A stretch of 64,000 nt of DNA. It comes from an uncultured Chloroflexia bacterium (GTDB lineage: Bacteria > Chloroflexota > Limnocylindria > Limnocylindrales > CSP1-4). The notes beneath the pieces were generated by a model. That model searched no databases, was not told where the DNA came from, and worked only from the letters and a program-made list of their open reading frames with translations. Made by a program: the position numbers and the translations under genes. Every line of letters begins with the position of its first letter. Position 1 is the first letter of the stretch. Positions 47,126 through 56,549 of the stretch are shown in pieces. The stretch covers positions 58,296-122,295 of the forward strand of contig CAVWXU010000027.1 in assembly GCA_963759135.1 (NCBI GenBank), given 5' to 3'.

Positions 47126-48760
47126 ATGGGCCGACTCCCTCGCCTGGCATTGCTCGCCGCCCTGGGTGGTGGCGTCTTCGTCGCGGGGCTCGAGCTGATG
47201 ATCACCGCCACGGCCCTGCCAAGCATCGTCGTGGGCCTGGCCGACTGGACGAGGCTGCGCGAGGCGTCCTGGATCATCAACGGCTACCTGGTCGCCTACG
47301 TCGCCATGATGCCGCTGGCGGGACGGCTGGCGGACCGGTTCGGCGTGGTCGGACCGTACATCATCGCCCTGGTCGTCTTCGGCGCCGGGTCGGCGCTGAG
47401 CGGCTCGGCGCCGTCACTCGAGGGCCTGATCGCCGCTCGCGTGCTGCAGGGGCTGGGGGGCGGCGCGCTCGTCCCCCTCGCGACCGCCGGTGCGAGCCAC
47501 CTGTTCGAGGGCGGGGCGCGCGCTCGTGCGCTGGGGCTCATCGGGGCACTCACGTTCCTGGGCATGGCCGCCGGTCCGTTCGCCGGCGCGGCGATCCTCG
47601 GCATCGGCGACCTGCGCCCCGCCTTCCAGGCGGCGGGGATGCCGGCATGGCTCGTCTCGATCACCACCCCGGCCTGGCGGTGGGTCTTCTACGTCGACGT
47701 GCCCGCGGCGCTGCTCGCGCTCCTCTACGTGTGGGCCGCGGCGCCGGCGTGGGACGCCCCCCGCACCCGGACTCCGCTCCACGTGCCGGCGCTGGCGCTG
47801 TTCACGGCCGGTCTCGCGGGGTCACTGCTCGCCCTCACCTGGGCAGGGGACGCGCAGGCCCCCGGTGGGCAGCTCGGGCAGGTCGCGCTCGCGATCGGGT
47901 CCGCCATCTCGCTCGCCCTGTCGCTCGCCATCGGGTCCGCCGTGCGCGATCCGCTGCTGGACCCACGCCGCTACCTCCAGCCGATGCTGGGAGGCGCGGT
48001 GGCCGTCAGCGCGCTCACCGGGTACGCCCTGGCCACCGCGCTGATCGGCGGCGCCGTCTTCGTGGACCGCGTCCTGTACGGTGGGCCGTCGGACCAGCAG
48101 GTGGCCCTCGGCGCGCTGGCCGGCGCCATGGCCGTCGGCGCGCTCGTGTCAGGCCTGGCCCTTGGGCGCGCGGGTGTCGTGCGCACCAGCCTCGTCGGGC
48201 TGGCCGTGTCGGCAGCCGGCATGGGCGCCCTCGGCCTGACGACCCGTTTCACGCCGCTCGTCCAGCTCGCCGCGCTGCTCGCGACGTTCGGGCTGGGGTT
48301 CGGACTCACGGTGTCGCCCCGATCGATGGCCGCGGTCGAGGCGGCCGGGCGTTCCGCTTTCGGGGTCGCGTCGGGGGCGGTGACGGTCGCGCGAATGCTG
48401 GGCATGGCCGTGGGGCTCGCCGTGCTGACCGCGTTCGGCTCGGGCAAGATCGAGGCGCTGAGCCGTGCGGTGCAGGACCAGGCCTACCGGAACAGCGTCC
48501 TTCCGGCTGCGCTGCGGGGACGTCCCCTCGACGACGGACTGGTGGTCGACGCGCTGGAGCGATGGGCGGCGAGCCAGGGGGCGGCAATCCTCGACGGGCT
48601 CTTCCTCGCGGCCGGCGTGGTCACGCTGGCGGCGGTGCTCCCGGCACTGGCGATGCAGGCGCGACCGGGGCATGCTCATCCGTTGCCGTCCGCGACCCGT
48701 TCGGCAGGAGGCGACAGCACTGCGGCAAACAGCGGCGCCGACGCCGCGCCGAGCGGCTGA
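47126..48760 (+). CDS. MFS transporter, 14-TM drug:H+ antiporter (DHA2/EmrB-like)
   Basis: MFS motifs (GRLADRFG, LQGLGGGALVP); 14 predicted TM helices. Confidence 0.8.
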   Translation: MGRLPRLALLAALGGGVFVAGLELMITATALPSIVVGLADWTRLREASWIINGYLVAYVAMMPLAGRLADRFGVVGPYIIALVVFGAGSALSGSAPSLEGLIAARVLQGLGGGALVPLATAGASHLFEGGARARALGLIGALTFLGMAAGPFAGAAILGIGDLRPAFQAAGMPAWLVSITTPAWRWVFYVDVPAALLALLYVWAAAPAWDAPRTRTPLHVPALALFTAGLAGSLLALTWAGDAQAPGGQLGQVALAIGSAISLALSLAIGSAVRDPLLDPRRYLQPMLGGAVAVSALTGYALATALIGGAVFVDRVLYGGPSDQQVALGALAGAMAVGALVSGLALGRAGVVRTSLVGLAVSAAGMGALGLTTRFTPLVQLAALLATFGLGFGLTVSPRSMAAVEAAGRSAFGVASGAVTVARMLGMAVGLAVLTAFGSGKIEALSRAVQDQAYRNSVLPAALRGRPLDDGLVVDALERWAASQGAAILDGLFLAAGVVTLAAVLPALAMQARPGHAHPLPSATRSAGGDSTAANSGADAAPSG

Positions 48761-48794
48761 CAACAGCGGCGCCGACGCCGCGCCGAGCGGCTGA
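48727..48794. repeat. 34-bp tandem duplication (x2) covering the last codons and the stop codon of the MFS gene
   Basis: (a/c)aacagcggcgccgacgccgcgccgagcggctga at 48727-48760 and 48761-48794. Stop TGA at 48758-48760, with a second copy at 48792-48794. Confidence 0.8.
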
Positions 48795-48843
48795 CCCGGC
48801 GCGGTCCCGCCCGACCCGGTCTGACCCGGCCAGTGCCCGCCGG

Positions 48844-49645
48844 TCAGGTGCAGACCTGCGGATGGGGGGTGGGATGGGAGGCCGCGAAGGTGGCGGGCTG
48901 GACGAGCTGGAACGCGGCGAGCACCTCCAGCTTCGTGCTGCTGTCGTAGGGACCCTCGCTGGTCTGGAGTACCAGCTGCTGCACGCCCGGCGCCGCCTTC
49001 GCGATGGTCCACTCGTCCGGGCCGCCGGGCGCCACGCCGCGCTTCACGACCGAGATGCTGTACCAGTAGACCCGAGCGTCGCTCGTGTACACCAGGACGC
49101 TGTACCCGAGCATCCCGGTCCCGTTGCTGACCTGGGAGGCAGTCAGGAGGGGCAGGAACATGCCGACACGCGCGTGGGCGTACAGGTAGGTCGTGCCGGG
49201 CTGGCCAGGTTGCACGGGACGGAACGGCGCCTGCCCGGGCGTCAGGTACTGGGCGACGTCACACAGGGGAAAGCGGCCGTTGCCGGAGACGACTGGCAAG
49301 TCGATCCTGAGCGCCGGAATCACGACGCGCGTGGCGACGGCACCCGACGCGCCGGGCGATCCCGACGCTGGGACCGACGAGCCGCCGGCCGACGACTGTG
49401 GGCCGGCCGACGGTCCGAGGACGGGCGACGCCGCCACCAAACCGGATGCTGGAGCCGTCGACCCCGCCTGACTGCCGGCCGGGCTGCCGGGAGACACGGA
49501 CGGCGCCGTGCCGGCCGCACCGAACGGCATGACGTAGGCGAAGAGTCCGGCCGCCAGCAGGGTGACGCCGGCGCCCGTCAGGATCGAGGAGACCAGGTGG
49601 CGTTCGAGCTGGCGCAGGAAGCGCGTGATCGGGCGCTGTTCCATG
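48844..49645 (-). CDS. Membrane-anchored sortase-fold protein (class E/F-like) with Ser replacing the catalytic Cys and Lys replacing the catalytic Arg
   Basis: Sortase-like order of elements: VVIPALRIDLPVVSG; His region TTYLYAHARVGMF; then LVLQTSEGPY where TLxTC is expected; then KLEVLAAF where R is expected. N-terminal TM helix plus a Ser/Pro/Ala linker. Confidence 0.45.
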
Positions 49646-49720
49646 GGGGCGGAATCGTAGCAGCAGCATCCGGTCCGTTGTCCGGCCCGGCCTCCGGATC
49701 CCCGCGTACACTCGCCGGCG

Positions 49721-50701
49721 ATGCATGTACCCGCCGGTCCGGCCGCCGACGGCCCGGACCTGAGCGCCCCGGCCCCGGACGGCCCGGGCCCGAGCACCCG
49801 GGTCGCTGACACCCCGGGGCCGAGCGCCCCGGCCCCGGACGGCCCGGGCCCGAGCACCCTTTCGCTGCTGCGCGGGCAGGATCTCCTGGCGCTGTGCGGC
49901 CCCGACGTGCACCTGCGGCCGCTGCTGATCGTGAGCGACTTCGACGGCACGCTGGCGCCGATCGTGATGGACCCGTGGGGCGCCTCCATCCTGCCCGGTG
50001 CCCGCCGGGCGCTGCGGCGCCTCGCGGGCACCCCCGGCATCCACGTGGCGCTGCTGTCCGGGAGGACCGCGACGGACCTTGCCGTCCGCGTCCGCGTGGG
50101 CGGCGCGATCTACCTGGGGAACCACGGCGTCGAGCGGTCCGTGCTGCACCGCCGCGTCCGCGCCGAGACGCTGTGGGTCCGGGAAGACCCCTCGCTGGCG
50201 GCATTCGTGGGGGACGCGGAACGCATGGCCTCGGAGGTGGAGGCGGCGGTTTCGCAGGCCTGGCTGGTCGTCGAGCCGAAGGGGCCCGCGGTTGCGTTCC
50301 ATTTCCGGGCGGCGCCCGACGTGGCCGACGCGCGCCGGCGGGTGATCGAGGCGGTGGAACGCGCGGATCCGCCCGGCCGGCTCGCCCGCCTGTTCGGGCG
50401 GCGGGTCGTGGAACTGCGTCCGCCGGGGGCGCCGTCGAAGCGTGATGCGCTGCGCGAGCTGGTCGATGAGCTGCGGCCCGGGATGACGGTCATGCTGGGA
50501 GACGACGCCGCCGACGCGGAGGCGTTCGTCGTGCTGCGGGAACTTCGCGAGGCGGGACGGACGCGCGGGCTCGCAGTCGCCGTTCACGCCCATGCCGAGA
50601 TGCCCGAGCCGGTGGCGGCCGCGGCCGACGCGGCGCTGGCCTCCCCTTACGAGACCGCGCGCTTCCTGGCGGGACTGGCTCGCGCGGCGGCGGGTTCCTA
50701 G
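49721..50701 (+). CDS. otsB: Trehalose-6-phosphate phosphatase (HAD-IIB, OtsB-like) with a Pro/Gly-rich repetitive N-terminus
   Basis: HAD motif I LIVSDFDGTLAPIV; T6PP-like core; GDDAADAEAF motif. The true start may be internal. Confidence 0.7.
   Translation: MHVPAGPAADGPDLSAPAPDGPGPSTRVADTPGPSAPAPDGPGPSTLSLLRGQDLLALCGPDVHLRPLLIVSDFDGTLAPIVMDPWGASILPGARRALRRLAGTPGIHVALLSGRTATDLAVRVRVGGAIYLGNHGVERSVLHRRVRAETLWVREDPSLAAFVGDAERMASEVEAAVSQAWLVVEPKGPAVAFHFRAAPDVADARRRVIEAVERADPPGRLARLFGRRVVELRPPGAPSKRDALRELVDELRPGMTVMLGDDAADAEAFVVLRELREAGRTRGLAVAVHAHAEMPEPVAAAADAALASPYETARFLAGLARAAAGS
49762..49859. repeat. Imperfect about 60-bp tandem duplication (core gagcgccccggccccggacggcccgggcccgagcaccc x2) at the 5' end of otsB
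   Basis: Core copies at 49762-49799 and 49822-49859. Confidence 0.6.
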
Positions 50702-52179
50702 AGCAGCGCCTTCGCGGCCGCCTCGGCGATCGTGATCAGCCCGCTGGGAAAGACGCCGATGACGATCGTGGCCGTCGCGGCGATGACGAGGCCGGCCTGC
50801 AGCTCGAAGCCACGCGCCAGCGGGGGGGCCGACTCCGGGGCGTCGCGCATGTACATGTACACCACGACCCGCAGGTAGTAGAAGGCGGCCGCCGCCGCGT
50901 TGAGCACGGCCAGGACGGCGAGCCAGGACACGAACCCGCCGGCCTCGATGGCCGCGAGGATCACGTAGTACTTGGCGAAGAATCCGGCCGTGGGCGGGAT
51001 CCCGGTGAGTGAGATCAGGAACAGCGCCATGAGCAGGCCCGCCAGCGGCGCGCGACGGCCGAGGCCCGAGAAGGTCTCGATGTCGCTGGTCACGCCGGGC
51101 CGGCGCTGCAGGGCGGCCACGACGGCGAACGCCCCCAGGTTCATGAACGTGTAGGCCACGCTGTAGACCAGGATTCCCTGCAGGCCGCGCGCCTCGGCCT
51201 CAGACCCGGCCGCCGCGCCCGCGTATGCCGCCAGGCCCACCAGGATGTAGCCGGTGTGGGCGATGGAGCTGTAGGCGAGCATGCGCTTGACGTTCGACTG
51301 CGTCAGCGCGACCAGGTTGCCCAGGGTCATGGTCAGCGCGGCCAGGATCACGATGGCGCCCACCCAGTCTGCCTTGACGGGGCCGAGCGCGCCCACGAAG
51401 AGCCGGAGGATCAGGGCGAACGCGGCCACCTTGGGGCCCACCGAGAGATACCCCGTCACCGGGGTCGGAGAGCCCTGGTACGCGTCGGGCGTCCAGTAGT
51501 GGAACGGCACGGCCGCGATCTTGAAGGCCACGCCGGCCAGCAGGAACGCCAGCCCCATGGCCAGGCCCGGCGCCAGCGGCTTGCCCGCCGCCACCGACTG
51601 CAGCGCCGCCGAGACCCCGGCCACGCTCGTGGTGCCCGTGTACCCCCACACGAAGGCAAGGCCGAACAGGAAGACGGCGCTGGAGAACGAGCCGAGCAGG
51701 AAGTACTTGATGGCGCCCTCGGTGGCGAGCCCGTCGCGCTTGGCGAACCCAGCGAGCATGTAGCCGGGCAGCACCATCAGCTCGAGCCCCAGGAACAGCA
51801 CCAGCAGGTCGCGCGCCCCGGACAGCAGCATCGCGCCGCTGATCGCGAACAGCAGGGTGGCCGAGAACTCGGCGAGCGGCAGACCGCGCGGGCGCAGGTA
51901 GTCGGGCGCGAACAGCAGCGTCAGCGCCGCGATCGACAGGAAGAGCAGGTCGAGCAGGACCGTCAGCTGGTCGAAGATGTACGACCCGCCAAACGCCGTG
52001 CGCGGCGCCTGCGCGGCGATCGCCGCCGTGACGGCCATCACGGCCAGCACGCCGATCGTGGCGATCCCCGATGAGAGTCGGTCGCGGTCCGGCACGATCA
52101 CGTCGACCAGGATCACCAGGAACGCCACGACCCAGACCGCCGCCAGGGGCAGCATCGCGGTCGCGTCGGCCGCGTTCAT
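50698..52179 (-). CDS. nuoN: NADH-quinone oxidoreductase subunit N
   Basis: 14-TM antiporter-like subunit; conserved ALFLISLTGIPPTAGFFAKY. Confidence 0.9.
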   Translation of the reverse strand: MNAADATAMLPLAAVWVVAFLVILVDVIVPDRDRLSSGIATIGVLAVMAVTAAIAAQAPRTAFGGSYIFDQLTVLLDLLFLSIAALTLLFAPDYLRPRGLPLAEFSATLLFAISGAMLLSGARDLLVLFLGLELMVLPGYMLAGFAKRDGLATEGAIKYFLLGSFSSAVFLFGLAFVWGYTGTTSVAGVSAALQSVAAGKPLAPGLAMGLAFLLAGVAFKIAAVPFHYWTPDAYQGSPTPVTGYLSVGPKVAAFALILRLFVGALGPVKADWVGAIVILAALTMTLGNLVALTQSNVKRMLAYSSIAHTGYILVGLAAYAGAAAGSEAEARGLQGILVYSVAYTFMNLGAFAVVAALQRRPGVTSDIETFSGLGRRAPLAGLLMALFLISLTGIPPTAGFFAKYYVILAAIEAGGFVSWLAVLAVLNAAAAAFYYLRVVVYMYMRDAPESAPPLARGFELQAGLVIAATATIVIGVFPSGLITIAEAAAKALL

Positions 52180-52189
52180 CGAATGCGCC

Positions 52190-53701
52190 TCACGGCAGGA
52201 TCCCCAGCGCCACGCCGTGGCCGACGTGGTCCAGGACGCCCGAGACCGGTCCCTGGATGAGGTTCAGGATCGGGGCGGGGAAGACGCCCAGGACGACCAC
52301 GAGCGCCGCCAGCGGCACGAGCGTGGCGATCTCGATCGGGATCATGTCGTGGAGATGGTCTCCGAGGCCCTGCAGGAAGTCGGAGAGGTCCACGAACGCG
52401 ACCTGCTGGAACATGTAGAACAGGTACGTCGCGCCCAGGACCATGACGATGGCCGAGATCGCCGCCACGACGGGCGCCACCGCGAACGTTCCGAGGAGGA
52501 CGAGGAACTCGCCGACGAACCCGGAGAGCCCGGGCAGTCCGGCGCTCGCGAGCATGAAGAAGCCCAGCGTCGTGGCGTAGAGCGGCATCTTCCCGGCCAG
52601 CCCGCCCATGACCGCGAAGCGGCGGTCGTGCGTCCGCTCGTAGATCACGCCCACGCAGAGGAAGAGAGCGCCGGTGATGAGGCCGTGGTTGACCATCTGG
52701 AGCACGGCACCCTGCAAGGCCTGCGACTGGAAGGCGAAGATGCCCAGCGTCACGAACCCCATGTGGCTGACCGAGCTGTAGGCGACCAGCTTCTTGAAGT
52801 CCGGCTGGACCACCGCCACGACCGCGCCGTAGATGATCGCGATCACCGAGAGCGCGATGATCGCCGGGGCGAAGGTATGCGCCGCGTCGGGGAAGAGCGG
52901 CAGGGAGTACCGGATGAAGCCGTATCCGCCCAGCTTCAGGAGGACGCCCGCGAGGATCACAGAGCCCGCGGTAGGCGCCTCGACGTGCGCGTCGGGCAGC
53001 CACGTGTGGAACGGGAACATCGGGATCTTGATGGCGAACGCGAGGAAGAACGTGACGAACGCGAACGTCTGGATCTCGGGCGAGAAGTGGAACCCCGACA
53101 GGTCGAGATAGCTGAAGCTCCACGTGCCCGTGGCCGAGTGGTACGCGTAGGCGGTGGCCAGGATGCCCACCAGCATCAGCAGCGAGCCGACGAGCGTGTA
53201 CAGCACGAACTTGATGGTGGCGTAGATGCGGTTCGGGCCGCCCCAGATGCCGATGATCAGGTACATCGGCACGAGCACGATTTCCCAGAACACGTAGAAG
53301 AGGAACAGGTCCAGCGCGGCGAAGACGCCGATCATGCCGACTTCGAGGACGAGGAAGGTGATCATGTACTCCTTCACGCGCTCCTGGATCGGGCGGAAGG
53401 AGGCCAGCACGCTGACCGCGGTCAGCAGCGTGGTGAGGATGATCAGGATCAGGCTGATGCCGTCGACGCCGACCTGGTAGTGGATCCCGAAGACCGGGAT
53501 CCATGGCACGTCTTCCACGTACTGGAAGCCGCCGGCGCCGGTGGCGAAGCCGGCCAGCATGACCAGCGACCAGCCCAGGGCGACAAGCGTCGTGGCGAAG
53601 GCCAGCCAGCGCGCGACCTGGGGCCGGTCGCGCGGCACAAAGGCGATCAGGATCGCTCCCACGAGCGGCGTGAAGATCGTGAGCGAGACGAGGGGGAGCA
53701 T
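52190..53701 (-). CDS. nuoM: NADH-quinone oxidoreductase subunit M
   Basis: NuoM-like sequence (FLFYVFWEIVLVPMYLIIGIWGG...). Confidence 0.9.
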   Translation of the reverse strand: MLPLVSLTIFTPLVGAILIAFVPRDRPQVARWLAFATTLVALGWSLVMLAGFATGAGGFQYVEDVPWIPVFGIHYQVGVDGISLILIILTTLLTAVSVLASFRPIQERVKEYMITFLVLEVGMIGVFAALDLFLFYVFWEIVLVPMYLIIGIWGGPNRIYATIKFVLYTLVGSLLMLVGILATAYAYHSATGTWSFSYLDLSGFHFSPEIQTFAFVTFFLAFAIKIPMFPFHTWLPDAHVEAPTAGSVILAGVLLKLGGYGFIRYSLPLFPDAAHTFAPAIIALSVIAIIYGAVVAVVQPDFKKLVAYSSVSHMGFVTLGIFAFQSQALQGAVLQMVNHGLITGALFLCVGVIYERTHDRRFAVMGGLAGKMPLYATTLGFFMLASAGLPGLSGFVGEFLVLLGTFAVAPVVAAISAIVMVLGATYLFYMFQQVAFVDLSDFLQGLGDHLHDMIPIEIATLVPLAALVVVLGVFPAPILNLIQGPVSGVLDHVGHGVALGILP

Positions 53702-53707
53702 CTCCGC

Positions 53708-55666
53708 CTACCTGGCCGTGATCACGAGCAGGCTCGCGGCCATCACGAGCAGGCCGATGGCGATCCCCAGGGCGTAGTTCTGGACGCGGCCGGTCTGGAT
53801 GCGGCGGACCTCGCGACCGGAGAACACGGTCAGCGTCCCCACGCCGTTGACGACACCGTCAATCACGTGCCCGTCGAACCACCACGCGGCGCGAGCCACC
53901 ACCCCGCCGATCACGTAGAAGAGGCCGTGGTACAGGTCGTCGAACCACCACTTGTGGAACGAGGCCACGTACAGGGGGCGGAGGCGCGCGGAGGTCGCCT
54001 CGACGACCGCTGGCTTCGGCTCGACGTCGCGGCCCGGCAGCCGCAGCCCGAAGAGCCGGACCGACGCCACCAGGCCGAGTGTCGCGAGGGCGACGCTCAC
54101 CAGGAGGAGCGCCCCGTCGATGCCGAAGACCTGGAACGCCTCGTGAGGCACGCCCAGTGTCTGGTCGGCCTGCGCGAAGACGGGATCGAGCCACTGGTGC
54201 ACCAGCCCGGAGTCGGGCGGCCAGCCGATGGCGAGGCCGAGCAGCGCGGCCGGAATCGCCAGCAGGACCAGGGGCACCCACATCGTGGGGGGCGACTCGT
54301 GCGGGTGGACGTCCGGTGAGACGTGGCTCGGCCCGTAGAACGTCTTGCCCATCAGCCGGAACATGTAGAAGGCGGTCAGCGCCGCGACCACCGCCCCGAT
54401 CAGCCAGACCACGTAGAAGCCGTTCCGGAAGCTCGCCCCGAGGATCTCGTCCTTGCTGAAGAAACCCGCCAGGGGCGGAATCCCGGAGATCGCGATCGAG
54501 GCGATGAGCATCGTCGCGTGCGTGATGGGCATCTTGCGCCACAGGCCGCCCATCTTGTTCATGTCCTGCTCGTCGTGGACCCCGTGGATCACGGAGCCGG
54601 AGTCGAGGAACAGCAGCCCCTTGAAGAAGCCGTGCGTCATGAGGTGGAAGATCGCCGCGGCGTAGGCGCCCACGCCGAGCGACGCGAACATGTAGCCCAG
54701 CTGGGACAGTGTCGAGTACGCCAGCACGCGCTTGATGTCCGTCTGGGTCAGCGCGATGGTCGCGGCCAGGAGCGCGGTGAAGATCCCGACGGCGGCCACG
54801 ATCACCATCGCCGCCGGAGCGTGGCTGAAGATCGGGTTCGCGCGCGCCACCATGTACACCCCGGCGTTCACCATCGTGGCGGCGTGGATCAGCGCCGACA
54901 CCGGGGTGGGGCCCTCCATGGCGTCGGGCAGCCACACGTGGAGCGGGAACTGCGCGCTCTTGCCGACCGCGCCGCAGAAGAGCAGCAGCGCGATGCCGGT
55001 GATCTGCCAGGACTGGATCTGGCCGGACGCCAGCATGTGGGGCAGCTTCGTGAAGACGTCGGAGAAGTTGAGCGAGCCGACGGTGGTCCAGATCGCCCAG
55101 ATCCCGATGCTGAACCCGACGTCGCCGACCCGGTTGACGAGGAACGCCTTCTTGGCGGCCAGCGCCGCGCTCCGGCGGCGGTACCAGAACCCGATCAGCA
55201 GGTAGCTCGAGAGTCCCACCAGCTCCCATGCCACGAACAGCAGCAGGAAGTTGCCTGCCAGCACCAGCAGCAGCATGCTGAACATGAAGAAGTTCAGGTA
55301 GGCGAAGAAGCGCCACTTGCCCGGGTCGTGGGCCATGTACCCGATCGAATAGACGTGCACGAGCATGCCGATCGTGGTCACGACGATCAACAGGGCCGCG
55401 GTCAGGTTGTCCACCGCGAAGTTGGCGTCGAGCTGGAACGTTCCGGCTGGGATCCACGTGTAGAGCGTGAAGTGCAGCCCGTCCGGCCCGAAGCCTCCGG
55501 TCAGCTGGCCGAAGACGACGACCATGCCGGCCGCCCACGTGAGCAGGATGGCGCCGACGGAGATCGCCCAGGACCTGTCGCCCAGCCGCCTCCCGAAGAC
55601 GCCGGTGAGCGCGAACCCGGCGATCGGCAGGAGCAGGATCGCGAGAACGAGCGCCTCGTTCGACAT
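53708..55666 (-). CDS. nuoL: NADH-quinone oxidoreductase subunit L
   Basis: NuoL-like sequence (FVAWELVGLSSYLLIGFWY...) with a long C-terminal horizontal-helix region. Confidence 0.9.
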   Translation of the reverse strand: MSNEALVLAILLLPIAGFALTGVFGRRLGDRSWAISVGAILLTWAAGMVVVFGQLTGGFGPDGLHFTLYTWIPAGTFQLDANFAVDNLTAALLIVVTTIGMLVHVYSIGYMAHDPGKWRFFAYLNFFMFSMLLLVLAGNFLLLFVAWELVGLSSYLLIGFWYRRRSAALAAKKAFLVNRVGDVGFSIGIWAIWTTVGSLNFSDVFTKLPHMLASGQIQSWQITGIALLLFCGAVGKSAQFPLHVWLPDAMEGPTPVSALIHAATMVNAGVYMVARANPIFSHAPAAMVIVAAVGIFTALLAATIALTQTDIKRVLAYSTLSQLGYMFASLGVGAYAAAIFHLMTHGFFKGLLFLDSGSVIHGVHDEQDMNKMGGLWRKMPITHATMLIASIAISGIPPLAGFFSKDEILGASFRNGFYVVWLIGAVVAALTAFYMFRLMGKTFYGPSHVSPDVHPHESPPTMWVPLVLLAIPAALLGLAIGWPPDSGLVHQWLDPVFAQADQTLGVPHEAFQVFGIDGALLLVSVALATLGLVASVRLFGLRLPGRDVEPKPAVVEATSARLRPLYVASFHKWWFDDLYHGLFYVIGGVVARAAWWFDGHVIDGVVNGVGTLTVFSGREVRRIQTGRVQNYALGIAIGLLVMAASLLVITAR

Positions 55667-55672
55667 CGCCGC

Positions 55673-55984
55673 CTACTCCCGCATCGTGTCGTACTCGTCG
55701 ACGAGCGGGGTCCGCCGGTTGCGGAAGATCGCGATCACGATCGCCAGACCCACCGTCGCCTCTGCCGCGGCGACCGCGATGACCATCAGGGCGATCACGG
55801 AGGCGTGGACCGTGAGCCGGGGCGTGAACGCGCCGAACGCGACGATCGCCAGGTTGACGGCATTCAGCATCAGCTCGATCGACATCAGCATCGCGATCGC
55901 GTTGCGGCGGGCGAGGAACCCGAACATGCCGGTGCAGAACAGCAGCGAGGACAGCGCCAGGTAGGCGTCGAGCGAATGGCTCAC
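55673..55984 (-). CDS. nuoK: NADH-quinone oxidoreductase subunit K
   Basis: LDAYLALSSLLFCTGMFGFLARRNAIAMLMSIELMLNAVNLAIVAF. GTG start after GAGGAGG. Confidence 0.85.
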   Translation of the reverse strand: MSHSLDAYLALSSLLFCTGMFGFLARRNAIAMLMSIELMLNAVNLAIVAFGAFTPRLTVHASVIALMVIAVAAAEATVGLAIVIAIFRNRRTPLVDEYDTMRE

Positions 55985-55985
55985 G

Positions 55986-56540
55986 TCAGCGCCCCTCCTC
56001 ACGCGCTTCGTCGCGCTTGGCCAGGAACACGCCACCCACGACCGCGGCGAGGAGCAGCACGCTGACGACTTCGAGCGGGAGGACGTAGTCGCTGAAGAGC
56101 AGGCGGGCCAGCGCGTCGGTCGCGGTGTGGAGCTGGTGGCCGACCGTGTCGGGCCAGGCGGTCGCGGTGACGACACCGATCAGCATCACCGCCAGCGCGA
56201 TCGCGGCGACGGCGCCCGCCCACGCCTGGTGGTGGAACACGAGCCTGGCGGGACCCACCTTGGTCTGCGTGAGCATGATGGCGAACAGGACGAGGACGCT
56301 GATCGCGCCGATGTAGATGAGCACCTGGGCAGCGGCCACGAGCGGCGCGTCGAGCATCACGTAGATCCCCGCCAGGGCGGCGAACGAGACGATCATGGCC
56401 AGCCCCGAGCGGATGATGTCGCGGCCGAGGACCACGGTCAGGGCGGCCCCCAGCACGGTCCCGGCCAGGGCGAGGAACAGGAGATCCGCCCAGGACCACC
56501 CGAGCCCCGGGATCGTCGCGCCTGCCAGCGCGTTCGACAT
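55986..56540 (-). CDS. nuoJ: NADH-quinone oxidoreductase subunit J
   Basis: NuoJ-like 5-TM protein. Confidence 0.85.
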   Translation of the reverse strand: MSNALAGATIPGLGWSWADLLFLALAGTVLGAALTVVLGRDIIRSGLAMIVSFAALAGIYVMLDAPLVAAAQVLIYIGAISVLVLFAIMLTQTKVGPARLVFHHQAWAGAVAAIALAVMLIGVVTATAWPDTVGHQLHTATDALARLLFSDYVLPLEVVSVLLLAAVVGGVFLAKRDEAREEGR

Positions 56541-56549
56541 GGACTCCCC

